Below are positions 51,231 through 61,900 of a stretch of 64,000 nucleotides of DNA, piece by piece. Each line of letters opens with the position of its first letter. Position 1 is the stretch's first letter. Source of the DNA: Azolla caroliniana (Eukaryota > Plantae > Polypodiophyta); contig JBHGNT010000004.1 of NCBI GenBank assembly GCA_043228905.1, positions 6,572,001 to 6,636,000 on the forward strand, in the 5' to 3' direction. Below the pieces are notes generated by a model. The model ran no database searches. It had not been told where the DNA came from and saw only the letters and a list, made by a program, of their open reading frames with translations. Made by a program: the position numbers and the translations under genes.

Positions 51231-54200
51231 CTACTTCAAAAGATTGCACTCTTGCAATATAAAGTGAGGAAATTGTGCCTTAAGCGAATGCTCGCGTTCC
51301 CATGTGGCATCATCAATAGGTTTATCCATCCATTTGATCTTGAATAGCCGAATCTCTTTAGAACGTAAACGTTTAGTACGAGAATCAAGAATTCGTTCAG
51401 GAACATGAGGTTTGTAAGAAAAATCCTCTAATGTTACAAGATCTTGGATTGTGATGGTGTTATCACCAGAGCCTAAAAATGGTTTTAGACGACTGACGTG
51501 AAAAACAGGATGAATACCAACGTTACGAGGTAAGGCAAGGTGATAAGCAGATGACCCAACTCGCTTAAGGATTTCAAATGGGCCACAATATCGTGGGGCT
51601 AACTTAGCGCACTTGCCCGTAGATAATGACGTAGAATCAGTCGGGACACGCAAAAAAACTTTTTGACCAATAGTAAATGCACGAGGACGTCTATCCTGAT
51701 CAGCATAAAATCGAGCACGATCTTGAGCTGTCTTGACATTTTCTTTGGCAATATGCAACATTTGGTTCATGTCTTGCAAAAAATTGCGTGTACTGTCTAA
51801 TGTATCACGATGAATCGTGACATCAACTAGGGCACGTGGCTGAGAACCATACATCAACATAAAAGGACTATATCCAGTGGATGTATGTTTAGAGCTATTA
51901 TAGGCAAATTCTAAGATAGGAAGGTATTGCTCCCACTTAGAAGGGGTTTTTGCTACATAAGCTCGAAGCATGTCCTCAATAATTTGATTAACTCGTTCAG
52001 TTTGTCCATCAGACTGAGGATGATCTGCGGAACTCATGCTCAACGTAGTTTCTAGTTTCTTAAAGACCTGAGTCCAAAAGTCACTAGTAAACTTGGAATC
52101 TCGATCACTAACAATATCCATCGGTAATCCATAAAAACGAAATAACTCATCAACAAATTGATAAGCCAACTGTTGAGCGGTTACCGTGGTTTTTGTAGGA
52201 ATAAATCTAGCTAATTTTGTTAGCCTGTCAACGACAACCCATATGGCATCATGACCCCTCTGTGTACGAGGTAAACTAACAATAAAATCCATCGAGATAC
52301 TTTCCCATTTATTGTTGGGAATATCTAAGGGATGTAAAAGACCAGCAGCTTTAAGTCGTTCCGACTTATTGATCTGACATTGTAAGCATTGAGTTACGTA
52401 TTTATGCACGTCAGAGCGCATCTTAGGCCAGAAAAAAGTACACGAGATGAGAACGAGTGTGCGTTGTATTCCAAGATGACCAGCAGATGGTGCATCATGA
52501 CATTCATGAAAAATTTTCTGTTTAACATTTGGTAAATCTGGAACACAGACCTTTCCACTACGGTAGAGCAAACCGTTTGTAATGTGAAAGGTCGCCTTCG
52601 AGGGTAGGGTGCTAGTATCGGCATCTAAACCAGATTCGGCTTTCGTCCAGTATTTTGAGAAATAACTGTCATCAAGGTATTTCCCTCGAAGGTGATCTAA
52701 AAGATCAGATTTTATTTCCGTGAAGCTAAGCATGTTAACTTCTTTAATGCGACTAAGAGCATCAGCAACGGTGTTCATAGAACCCTTGCGATATCGTATG
52801 GAAAAATCAAAATCTTGCATAAGGTCAGCCCAACGACCTTTACGACCAACAAGATCGGGCTGGTCACAAAAATACTTTAATGATTGATGGTCTGTTGTAA
52901 CCACAAATTTATTTCCATACAGATAGTGCCTCCATGTTTTAAGTGCGTGTATCACCGCAAACAACTCTTTCTCTTGAACCGAATACCGAGATTGAGCAAC
53001 ATCAAGCTTCTTACTTTCAAAAGCAATAGGGTGACCACCTTGATAAAGAACGGCACCAATAGCATAATCACTAGCATCGGTTTCAATTGAGAAAGGCTTA
53101 GAAGGGTCTGGTAATAGAAGAGTGGGAGCCTGACACACATGCTCCTTGAGTGTCTCAAATGATTTGTCAAGTTGTTCATTCCATGAAATTGGTTTGACAG
53201 ACTTACGTGGATGACCTTTTAAAAGGTCAGTTAATGGCGTAGTCAATTTGGAATAGTTACGAATTGATTTTCGTAAAAATCCAACAAACCCTAAGAATGA
53301 TCTAAGTTCACGAATATTACGAGGAATGGGCCAAAGTTTAACCTTTTCAATACGAGAAGGTTCAATTTCAACGCCATTTTCTGTAATTAAATGACCTAGG
53401 TACACAATAGATTTTTGGAAGAAGTCACATTTTGAATGTTTTGCATAGAAAGAGTTGTCACGCAACTTTCGCAAAACAAATCGAACATGTTGAACATGAT
53501 CTTGCAAGGTACGGCTATATATCAAAATATCATCCAAGAAGACGACAACAAAATCACCGAGTTGATCTCGGAAAACATCATTCATCGCTTGTTGGAATGT
53601 GGCTGGAGCATTAGTCAACCCAAACGGCATGACTAAAAACTCATAATGGCCATAGCGCGTACGAAAAGCGGTTTTAGGAATATCATCCTCGGCGATGCGA
53701 ATCTGATGATAACCAGTTCGTAAGTCAATTTTCGTAAAATATCGAGCCCCGTGCAAACGATCAATCAAATCATCGGCACGAGGTAATGGATATGCATTCT
53801 TAATTGTCATTTTATTCAAACGGCGATAATTGATACACATTCGCCACGAACCTTCCTTCTTCTTGACTAATAGAACTGGCGCACCCCAAGGTGATTTACT
53901 ATACCTAATGTGGCCCATACTCAAGTATTCCTTAAGTTGTTTAGCGATCTCATCCTCTTCTAATCGACTAAGTCGGTAAGGTGGAATGCTCACAGGAGCA
54001 GCCCCAGGGATGAGTTCAATTTGATGGTCCACATTACGTTTAGGTGGTAAAGTAAGCGGTAATTCAGTAGGAAACACATCTTGAAAATCCTCTAAAATAG
54101 AGTCGAGTAATCGTTGCTCAAAATGTGGTAATTGTGTGGCGTCAATATTAAAATAATAAAATTGAACCGCAGGATCAATTACACACGAATAAATTAATGA

Positions 54201-54326
54201 ACTAGAATACTCACTTAAAGATTTAGAAGACACAAGTGAATGAGAAGGAAGTTTGGAACATTGAATAAAATGTTTACAATTATTAAGTTCAAATGTGATT
54301 GAGTGATTAACCCAATCAATGGACAA
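51231..54326 (-). CDS. Element G pol: RT, RNase H, integrase, chromodomain
   Basis: 1031-aa ORF with [60 protein letters not shown] and [15 protein letters not shown]. Confidence 0.95.
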   Translation of the reverse strand: MSIDWVNHSITFELNNCKHFIQCSKLPSHSLVSSKSLSEYSSSLIYSCVIDPAVQFYYFNIDATQLPHFEQRLLDSILEDFQDVFPTELPLTLPPKRNVDHQIELIPGAAPVSIPPYRLSRLEEDEIAKQLKEYLSMGHIRYSKSPWGAPVLLVKKKEGSWRMCINYRRLNKMTIKNAYPLPRADDLIDRLHGARYFTKIDLRTGYHQIRIAEDDIPKTAFRTRYGHYEFLVMPFGLTNAPATFQQAMNDVFRDQLGDFVVVFLDDILIYSRTLQDHVQHVRFVLRKLRDNSFYAKHSKCDFFQKSIVYLGHLITENGVEIEPSRIEKVKLWPIPRNIRELRSFLGFVGFLRKSIRNYSKLTTPLTDLLKGHPRKSVKPISWNEQLDKSFETLKEHVCQAPTLLLPDPSKPFSIETDASDYAIGAVLYQGGHPIAFESKKLDVAQSRYSVQEKELFAVIHALKTWRHYLYGNKFVVTTDHQSLKYFCDQPDLVGRKGRWADLMQDFDFSIRYRKGSMNTVADALSRIKEVNMLSFTEIKSDLLDHLRGKYLDDSYFSKYWTKAESGLDADTSTLPSKATFHITNGLLYRSGKVCVPDLPNVKQKIFHECHDAPSAGHLGIQRTLVLISCTFFWPKMRSDVHKYVTQCLQCQINKSERLKAAGLLHPLDIPNNKWESISMDFIVSLPRTQRGHDAIWVVVDRLTKLARFIPTKTTVTAQQLAYQFVDELFRFYGLPMDIVSDRDSKFTSDFWTQVFKKLETTLSMSSADHPQSDGQTERVNQIIEDMLRAYVAKTPSKWEQYLPILEFAYNSSKHTSTGYSPFMLMYGSQPRALVDVTIHRDTLDSTRNFLQDMNQMLHIAKENVKTAQDRARFYADQDRRPRAFTIGQKVFLRVPTDSTSLSTGKCAKLAPRYCGPFEILKRVGSSAYHLALPRNVGIHPVFHVSRLKPFLGSGDNTITIQDLVTLEDFSYKPHVPERILDSRTKRLRSKEIRLFKIKWMDKPIDDATWEREHSLKAQFPHFILQECNLLK

Positions 54327-55635
54327 AGAAGGGTTTTTTATTAAAAAACCAAGGATATCCTAAAATGACATCTGCGGATTGTAATTTCATAACATGAAAG
54401 TCAAGCTTCTCCAAATAAGTATCTATTTGAATTGGCAGTTGACAAACAATGCCACTGATGTATTGAACGTTTCCATTTGCCATGTGAACTTGATAGATAT
54501 GATCACTTGCGTTTATGTGGAGCTCCATTTGCTGCACAAAGTGATCATTAAGAAAATTGTGAGAACTACCGGAATCAAACAAGAAATGTGCTTGTGTTCC
54601 ATTGATATATCCGACTGCTCGGAGTAAATCATTAGGTCCAAGTAAATGTGAAGGAAAAGTGCATTCACATAAACTTAAGTGATTGGTATGAACTTCAACA
54701 ATATCAAAAGACTCACCTGTGTGACTCGTAGATTTGTCTTGAGGAGGGGTGTTCATTGACTTCCTCTCAAGACGACGACAGGTATCCTTTGTGTGGCCCC
54801 GCTTCTTGCAATATGCACAGAAGAGGTTCGGTTTCTTTGAGTCGCGGTCAAGAGTGTCACTGGATTGCTTACGTTTCCCAATGAACTTGACATTCGGAGT
54901 TTTGGCGAACTCAGGTTTATTGTGGTCTTTCTTGGAAGTCCTATGGTATCGCAGCACAATGTTGACGACTTCCTCGAAAGTTGTGGGGTCCTTGTCATGG
55001 ACAATCCAATGATAATCCCCATTGGGAATACCATTCAAAAAACAAGCGACAAACCATTTCTCACCCGTAAGTCCCGATTTTTGGATCTGGGTCCGAGCGT
55101 GATGCACATAATCCTCGAGAGAGGTAAATGGCTTACTAGACAATGTGAGCAAGTGTTGCGCTTGTTCGGTTTGAGAAGGTGGCTGCAAGAATTGTTTCTT
55201 AAAAACATCAACGAAACCTTCCCAAGTTGTGGGTAAGTTTTTTGCGGTCCTTAGGCCACGCCACCAAGCAGCAGCTCGGCCACCTAACTCACGACCGACA
55301 TAACCAATTTTTATTGCATCGGGCTTGGGATGAAGCTCAAAGTGAGACTCCCAACGACCAAGCCAAGTGCTAATGGCCTCCTCGGTTCTTTCTTTCTTAT
55401 CTCCCTTGAAAGGCGTGACTATGAAGGAAGGTTCACCTTCTTTCTTGGACTCAATAGTTAATTCTTGGAATTTCTTTTCCAATGCCATATTGGCCTGTCT
55501 CATTTCGGCCAATTGATTCAAGGTAGTAGTGAGCAATTGCTCAATAGTGATCTCAGCTTGTGTGCGAGATGCGGATTGGGGTTGAGAGGTCTCATTTGGA
55601 GAGATCGTTCCAACTGCGTTCAAAACTTGTTCCAT
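54316..55635 (-). CDS. Element G gag + aspartic protease
   Basis: 439-aa ORF with [34 protein letters not shown] and DVILGYPW. Confidence 0.93.
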   Translation of the reverse strand: MEQVLNAVGTISPNETSQPQSASRTQAEITIEQLLTTTLNQLAEMRQANMALEKKFQELTIESKKEGEPSFIVTPFKGDKKERTEEAISTWLGRWESHFELHPKPDAIKIGYVGRELGGRAAAWWRGLRTAKNLPTTWEGFVDVFKKQFLQPPSQTEQAQHLLTLSSKPFTSLEDYVHHARTQIQKSGLTGEKWFVACFLNGIPNGDYHWIVHDKDPTTFEEVVNIVLRYHRTSKKDHNKPEFAKTPNVKFIGKRKQSSDTLDRDSKKPNLFCAYCKKRGHTKDTCRRLERKSMNTPPQDKSTSHTGESFDIVEVHTNHLSLCECTFPSHLLGPNDLLRAVGYINGTQAHFLFDSGSSHNFLNDHFVQQMELHINASDHIYQVHMANGNVQYISGIVCQLPIQIDTYLEKLDFHVMKLQSADVILGYPWFFNKKPFFVH

Positions 55636-56654
55636 GATGCACGCTGTGGGTATGCAATAAAATAAGGAGGTTCAAAAAATACACAAGCAAAATGAATGCT
55701 TGAAATTTTGATTGAAAGAACTTTATCCAAGAAAGTATCTCATGTCTTTACCCCTCTAGACATATGAGATGTGATTCGAGATCCGATAACTATGGTAACA
55801 CTATGGTGTTTTAAAAACCATGGGGGAAAACATAGCTAAGATGTATTTCTCGGATCTCTATCTTGAGTAATCATGGCGGCTCCCCGAGGCTCAACCATGG
55901 TTCTTACATCAATGAAATTTCCTAGATAGCCTTATATTAATGCCAACCCATCATGTATTATATGGTCGAGAAAGTGTATTACGTGAAAAAACAAGTGCAC
56001 TCACAAGTAATATTCTAGTCTTGCGAGCAATAAGCAAACGTGATGATAAAATGATAAAATAAGGCACTACTCATAAGAGTTAAGTAGTGTCGAAAACAAG
56101 GGTAAAAAAAAGAAGAACCCATGTGTTACCTACGAAAAAAACAATGTCACAAATAAATGGGAAGTGCAAGGTATGCACATATACATCCCAATATGATTGT
56201 TATAACTTGCACAATTGTGACATAAGCCACAAATTGATACAAGTGATGACGGTGTTGTGCGCAAAGATGTAATACTCAAATCCATGAGTAAAACATCAAT
56301 AAGGGAACTCATATGGTTTTACTCGTTTTCTAAGGCTTGATGATAAGAGTTAAACCTAGATGACCCGTTGAAAAAAAATCGTTCAACAAGCCACTCCATA
56401 CGAAAAAATAGTCTACACGTAAAGGTTACATTAAAAATAAACGATGTAAATACTTTATACATGAAAAGGAAGTGGAAAAAGGAGAGTTAATTGTGGGCGG
56501 GTAAATAATAATTACTAGAAAATCATATAAGTGAAACAATACTTATGAAATTAAAATTTAATTAGAATAATCAACAATTAGGTGTATGGAATCAAACATG
56601 CCCTAAGATACGAAACCCTAGGCTAGTTGACATGCACCTCCTCAAGACCACCAC

Positions 56655-56955
56655 CTATCCCTAGAATCGGCCAAGTAATGGCTAATTAAAGAGGAAAGTG
56701 GCATAGGTAAGTGACATATACCTTGTCAAGGCCACATCATCCCTTAGAATCGGCCAATTGATGGCTAATTAAAAAGGAAAGTGGCATATGTAAGCTACAT
56801 ATACCTCGTCAAGGCCACATCATCCCATAGAATCGGCCAATTGATGGCTTAATAGAGAGTAGAGTGGCATAGGTAGGCAACATACACCTCGTCAAGGCCA
56901 CATCATCCCTTAGAATCGGCCAAGTGATGGCTCAATAGAGGGGAAGAGTGGTATA
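56655..56955. repeat. ~84-bp tandem repeat (~3.5 copies) in the 5' leader of G
   Basis: atccc.tagaatcggccaa.t.atggct...agtggcata.gta...atacct.gtcaaggccacatc is repeated. Confidence 0.9.
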
Positions 56956-58385
56956 CTCAACATCATATGCAAAACGGCCATGAGATAAGCGTGTGCGATT
57001 AGAGCAAACACGCTCGACCCAATGCACAAGAATAATTATTATCGTAAGAGTTCAAGAGAGGAGAGAGTGGGATATATATTGCAATATGCAAAAGGCCATG
57101 AGTTGAGCGTGTGCGATTAGTGCAAACACGCTCGGCCCGATGCATAATAATAAGTAAAATCGTAGCGTAGTAGGAGGTAGAAAGAAAGAGAATAAAACGT
57201 AATACCAATTTGATTCGACCATAAAGAACGCATAATAGCAAAAGAGAAGAGATCAAAAAAGAAGAATACCGGGTTTAGAGTGTTGTTTTGATCCTGAGAA
57301 GAGCATGACGAGCCTTGTTAGATCCCCCTCGCTCACACGCAAAAAACATCAAAACAACAAAAAAATTGTTAGTAAAAGCTCTGATACCACTGTTAAGAGT
57401 CTATTACTAATCAATAGACCAAATCAAGTAAAAAGGAAGAAAATAGATTGGATAGAAGAACCCGTTCCACCCGACCACCCCCGAGCTATGATCTAGACAT
57501 AGCCAACCTACCACCGACGTCCCATACCGCCGGATATTAGGATAACTAATACCTTGGAAGAGATAAACACGATCATCGAGACGAAAGCCTAGCCCGCACC
57601 ACCGGTGTCTACGACAGCAGCCTTCCGACGTGATGATCCTTATGAGGGTAGCTAAGCCTCATATTTATACCTTTTCCTAGGCCTCTTGAATAGATGTGCC
57701 TTTCTAAAAGGCTCTCTATTCATTGGTTGTCTAAATCATGATAGTGCATGCACATATAATTCATTCTATCCAATCATTAGTCCCCTTTTTAATAATAGTG
57801 AACATACCCTTCACTAATGTAAATATTAGTGACCTACCCTCACCAACGTTATGTGTACATAACACGCGTCGACAGTCTTATACCTCTTTCCGCTCTTTTT
57901 GGACCTGATTCATCGGATCCCGTTCACGTATCGCCACCATCCATCTCTCTCGGTCTCACGTCAGCTCTCGGCCCAAACTGCCAAAGTCTTCAGATTGGTG
58001 TGAGGATCGTCGTTTTGCCTTATGCTCAGCCTTTGCTTCCTCGCCGCCACCTTCCTTCTCCTCGGTCTTGCGTTGTCACGGCTACCGAACTGCCGAGGTC
58101 TCTAGAACCGGTGTGGAGGAAGTCTCGGCACTACCGCTCATCGTCGACTTGTCCTTAGCCACCTCCGCCTCGACGTCTTGGCCCTTGGCTATCCCTTTCG
58201 AGCAAGCTTCGATCGTGCTTGCCTTGCTCTTGCTTTGACATTTTAGACAACCGTGTCCGGACACACTCGTCCTCTCCCGAATTGGCAATCGTCGCCTCAC
58301 CATCCCCAACCTTGTCGTCAGTCGTTCTTTCTCCGCAAGTCAAGAGGGTGGCGCGCTCCGCACCCTCTCTCGTAGTACCGATGTA

Positions 58386-58826
58386 TGTTATTCCTTAGGG
58401 CCGGACAATGGCCTAACACAAGGTGTCTACGGAAGACACTTCACCAAAGGGTGCTACGGCGAGATAACTTAGGACACAACGATTACTTAGACTTTAATTG
58501 GTTACTTAGCAATATGGCATTAGACTTGATACACGCGTATGATAGAACAATTAGCACAGAATGGTAATTAACACTTAAGGACAAAGAAGAAGCTCTATTA
58601 ATTATCCGTCAAAGTTTTACATTGTAACCGAGCCTTTATATAGGTCACTGGTGCTGAGTACAAAACGGTGCCAACCGGCACCTGTTTGGAACCGGTCCGG
58701 ATCCGGATTGGCATACCGATTCCGGTTCGTCCGTTCACGTCTCATAAACTACTTAATTATAATTTATTCCGAATAAACAATCCCTTTCACATTCTGGTCT
58801 TTAACTCCTTTGCCGGCCGGGTAACA
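58386..58826 (-). mobile_element. Solo LTR S2 (441 bp), same family as S1, opposite orientation
   Basis: The reverse complement matches S1 (tgttacc.ggccggcaaaggag ... tgttaggccattgtccggccc). Perfect 5-bp TSD atgta at 58381-58385 and 58827-58831. Confidence 0.92.
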
Positions 58827-58932
58827 ATGTACCATCCTCTGGCCTCCGCATAGGCCCGAACTTCGCCTTTGAGGAGACAACTAGGTCTCCGTCGTTCGAC
58901 TCCTTCGTATCCGTGTGCGGCACGGGTCGACG

Positions 58933-61900
58933 TGTTAGTAATATGTCCCTCTAGTGGGAGGAGCCGACTGCTTGGAGAGAGCCGACAGTCAAAGATAGGG
59001 AGCAACCGACTGATTGGATGAGAGCCGACGATTGTGGAGTCGACTCAGAGAGAGTTGATCGAGGTTGAAGACACGACCGACTAGTCAGGCCGACTGGATG
59101 GTCGATGACCCGGTCGACTGGTTGGACCGACCTGATAGTCGACAAATGAGTCAGTTGATTAGTAAGACTACTACTACTATTATTATTGGATAATAATAAT
59201 GGCCAAGATTGTAAATAGCCCATTCTGTGCATTAGTATAAATACACCTAGTGCAAACAGAATAGAGAGAGAGAAGTGTGTAATCCTCTATTGTAGAAAAA
59301 TGATAGAGATGTGAATGGAGACTGAGTGAGCGGTGCCATAGTTGTGTTCTGGAACAGCATACGCCAAGAGCCCTGCGTGGCTGATACACTCAGTGTAGAG
59401 AGTGTTGTACTCTAATCTCATCATTGTATATCCATTGTATAGTGAAGCTTTGTTCTCTGTGGTTTTCTCCCGCTTTAGGGTTTCCACATAAAATCTGTGT
59501 ACATTGTTTTTTCTGTGTTTCCGAACTGTGTATTTTAGTGCATTTCTTCTTAGTGGATTGACGATTCGTTGCTCAACAAACTAGCACCAGAGCTTGAGGT
59601 GCAAGCATGGAAGGAGGTGTGAGTGGTTTCTTAGGAATTATAGTTATAAACTCTCAGAACTATGCAGACTGGAAGATAAAGATGAAGGACCTTCTCATAG
59701 TCAAAGACTTGTACGAGCCAATCGATAGAGCAGAAATACCCACGGGGGTATTAGAGTCGGAATGGAAACTTCTTAACAGAAGGCGGTGGCCACCATCTGA
59801 CAGTGTGTCGATGTAAGTGTCTTTCAGCATATGGCGAAGGACACAAATGCCCATGAGATGTGGCAGAAGCTGTCAGGTCTATATGAGAGGAAGAACACCC
59901 TCAATTAAACCTCACTGATGAGAAAGATCGTACGACTGAAATACAGAGACGGTGAGAGCATCATCGAACACATCATCACATTCATGGGGTATGTAAATCA
60001 ACTTGCTACAATCCCTGGATGATGCAATGCAGGCCATCCTGCTGATGTGCACACTGCTGGAAAGGTGGGAGAACCTGGTGGTTACTCTCTGCACCTCTTG
60101 TCAAGAAGAGAACTTGTCTTTACAGACGATGAAGACAAGCATCCTAAACGGGGAGGCAAGGAGGAAAGACAAAGGAGTCCTGTCCCAAACGGAGTCGAAT
60201 CTGACTCACCATATGGACAGAGGAAGAGACCGGCGAAGAAGAAGTCCGCAACGAATAGACAAATCCCATGCCAGATCGAAGTCCAAAGGCAAGCCTATGT
60301 GCTTTTATTGCGGAAAACCTGGACAGTTCCAGAAGGACTGCCGACACATGAAGAAAGACAAGAGTGTCAGAAACAATGTTGAACCCCGGAAGATTCCGGA
60401 TGACAAGAACACTTCGGCCATTGCTACGAGCAATGAGGAACTCTTGTTCATCTGTGAACAGGCAAGTGCGAATCTTGCAAGTGAAGAGTGCACTGGGGTG
60501 ATTGATTCCGGTGCATCCTTCTATTTACTCTGTCGAGAGAGTATTTCTCGACTTACATAGCCAGGGATCATGGCTATGTAAGGATGGGTGATAGTGGAGA
60601 GTGCAAGATAACCGGAGTCGGAAGTGTGTGCTTAACGACATTGACAGGGTGTCGACTAATGTTGAAGGATGTTCGACATGTCCCCGATATCAGATTGAAT
60701 CTGATATCGATTGGAAGGCTTGACGACAAAGGCTACAGTGGTAGTTTTTGGAATTACAAGTGGTAGTTCTGCCGAGGAAATCTCATAGTGGCCCGAGCAC
60801 AGAAAGAAGGCACATGGTACATGATGCATGCCCGACTGTGCAAATTGGAAGTAAACGTGGCAACCGACTCAGTAGGGGAGATATGGCATAAGAGGCTAGG
60901 CCACATGAGTGAGAAGGGAATGCACCTGTTAGCCGACCAAAAACTTCTACCAGAAGTCATGGGAGTACACCTGGAGAAGTGTGTCAACTGCTTAGCCAGA
61001 AAGTAGAACATGACGACATTCCACACGAGACCACCGAGAAGAAGAGAAGTTGCACTGGAACTAGTGCACATGAATGTGTGCTATGTGGATGCTCCATCGC
61101 ATCGAGGAGGACAATACTTTGTAACGTTTATTGGCGACTACAGTCGGAAAACATGGGCCTTCGTATTGAAGTTGACGGATCAAGTATTGTCGGTTTTCAA
61201 GGAGTTCCAAGCAAGAACCGAAAGAGAGTCGGGTCAGAAACTGAAGGTTGTCTGAACCGACAACGATGGCGAATACAAAGGGCAGTTCGAAGAATACTAC
61301 AAGTGCCAAGGTATTCAGATCGAATACACAGTGCCAAAGACCCCAGAGTTGAACGGGCTTGCAGAGAGGATGAATCGAACAATCATGGAGAGAGTAAGGA
61401 ACATGCTCTCTCATGCGAAACTGCCAAAATCCTATTGGGCTGAGGCGATGTACACAACTGTTTATCTGATCAACAGGTCTCCCTCAGTGCCATTAAAGGG
61501 TGATGTCCCACAAAGGGTGTGGACAGGGAAGGATGTCTCCTACCAACACCTGAGGGTGTTTGGATGCTTGGCGTACATGCATGTACCAAAGGATCAGTGG
61601 TCAAAGCTTGATAGCAAGTCGAAAGCATGCAATGTATTCATGGGATACTCGGAAGATGAGTTCGGCTACAAGCTGTGGGACTTAGTCGACAAGAAGGTAG
61701 TGAGAAGTCGAGATGTAGTCTTTCTAGAAGACAAGACAATTGAAGACTGGAAGCAATAGAAGTCGGAACCGACTCCCCAGTCAACCTCAACTACCATCGA
61801 CTTAAGGCCAAGTGAGTCATCACCGACAGCTGTAAGGAGACAGTTGGCCGACAGAGCCGAATCTGAGTCGGTCGACTCGGAAAGACTGACAGACTATGAG

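Larger units (their letters stand above)
50750..57864 (-). mobile_element. Full-length chromovirus (Ty3/gypsy) element G
   Basis: 474-bp LTRs at 50750-51223 and 57391-57864 (~6 differences). TSD cgcat/cgcgt. PBS tggtatcagagc (tRNA-iMet) at 57378-57389. PPT at ~51226-51238. Confidence 0.96.
47740..58932 (-). mobile_element. Ty3/gypsy element E: 3' LTR (47740-48799) and long GC-rich 3' internal region hosting F, G, S2 and H
   Basis: The LTR ends are ...ccgcgaca and tgtcgtgaa. The PPT-side flank tccaccctcaccaaaccgcacatccac is homologous to C's tccgcccccacctaaccgcgcatccac. It is inserted in D's gag, and its 5' part lies beyond H or outside the window. Confidence 0.65.

Noticed and set aside
54333-54339. 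AAAAAAC as a -1 slippery site in G
   Set aside because: The required shift is +1, and the heptamer is not phased for -1 slippage in the gag frame.
56655-56955. CRISPR-like or hammerhead-like reading of the 84-bp repeats
   Set aside because: Whole units are homologous, so there are no unique spacers. TTGACGA + hairpin is not followed by GAAA, so the hammerhead core is incomplete.
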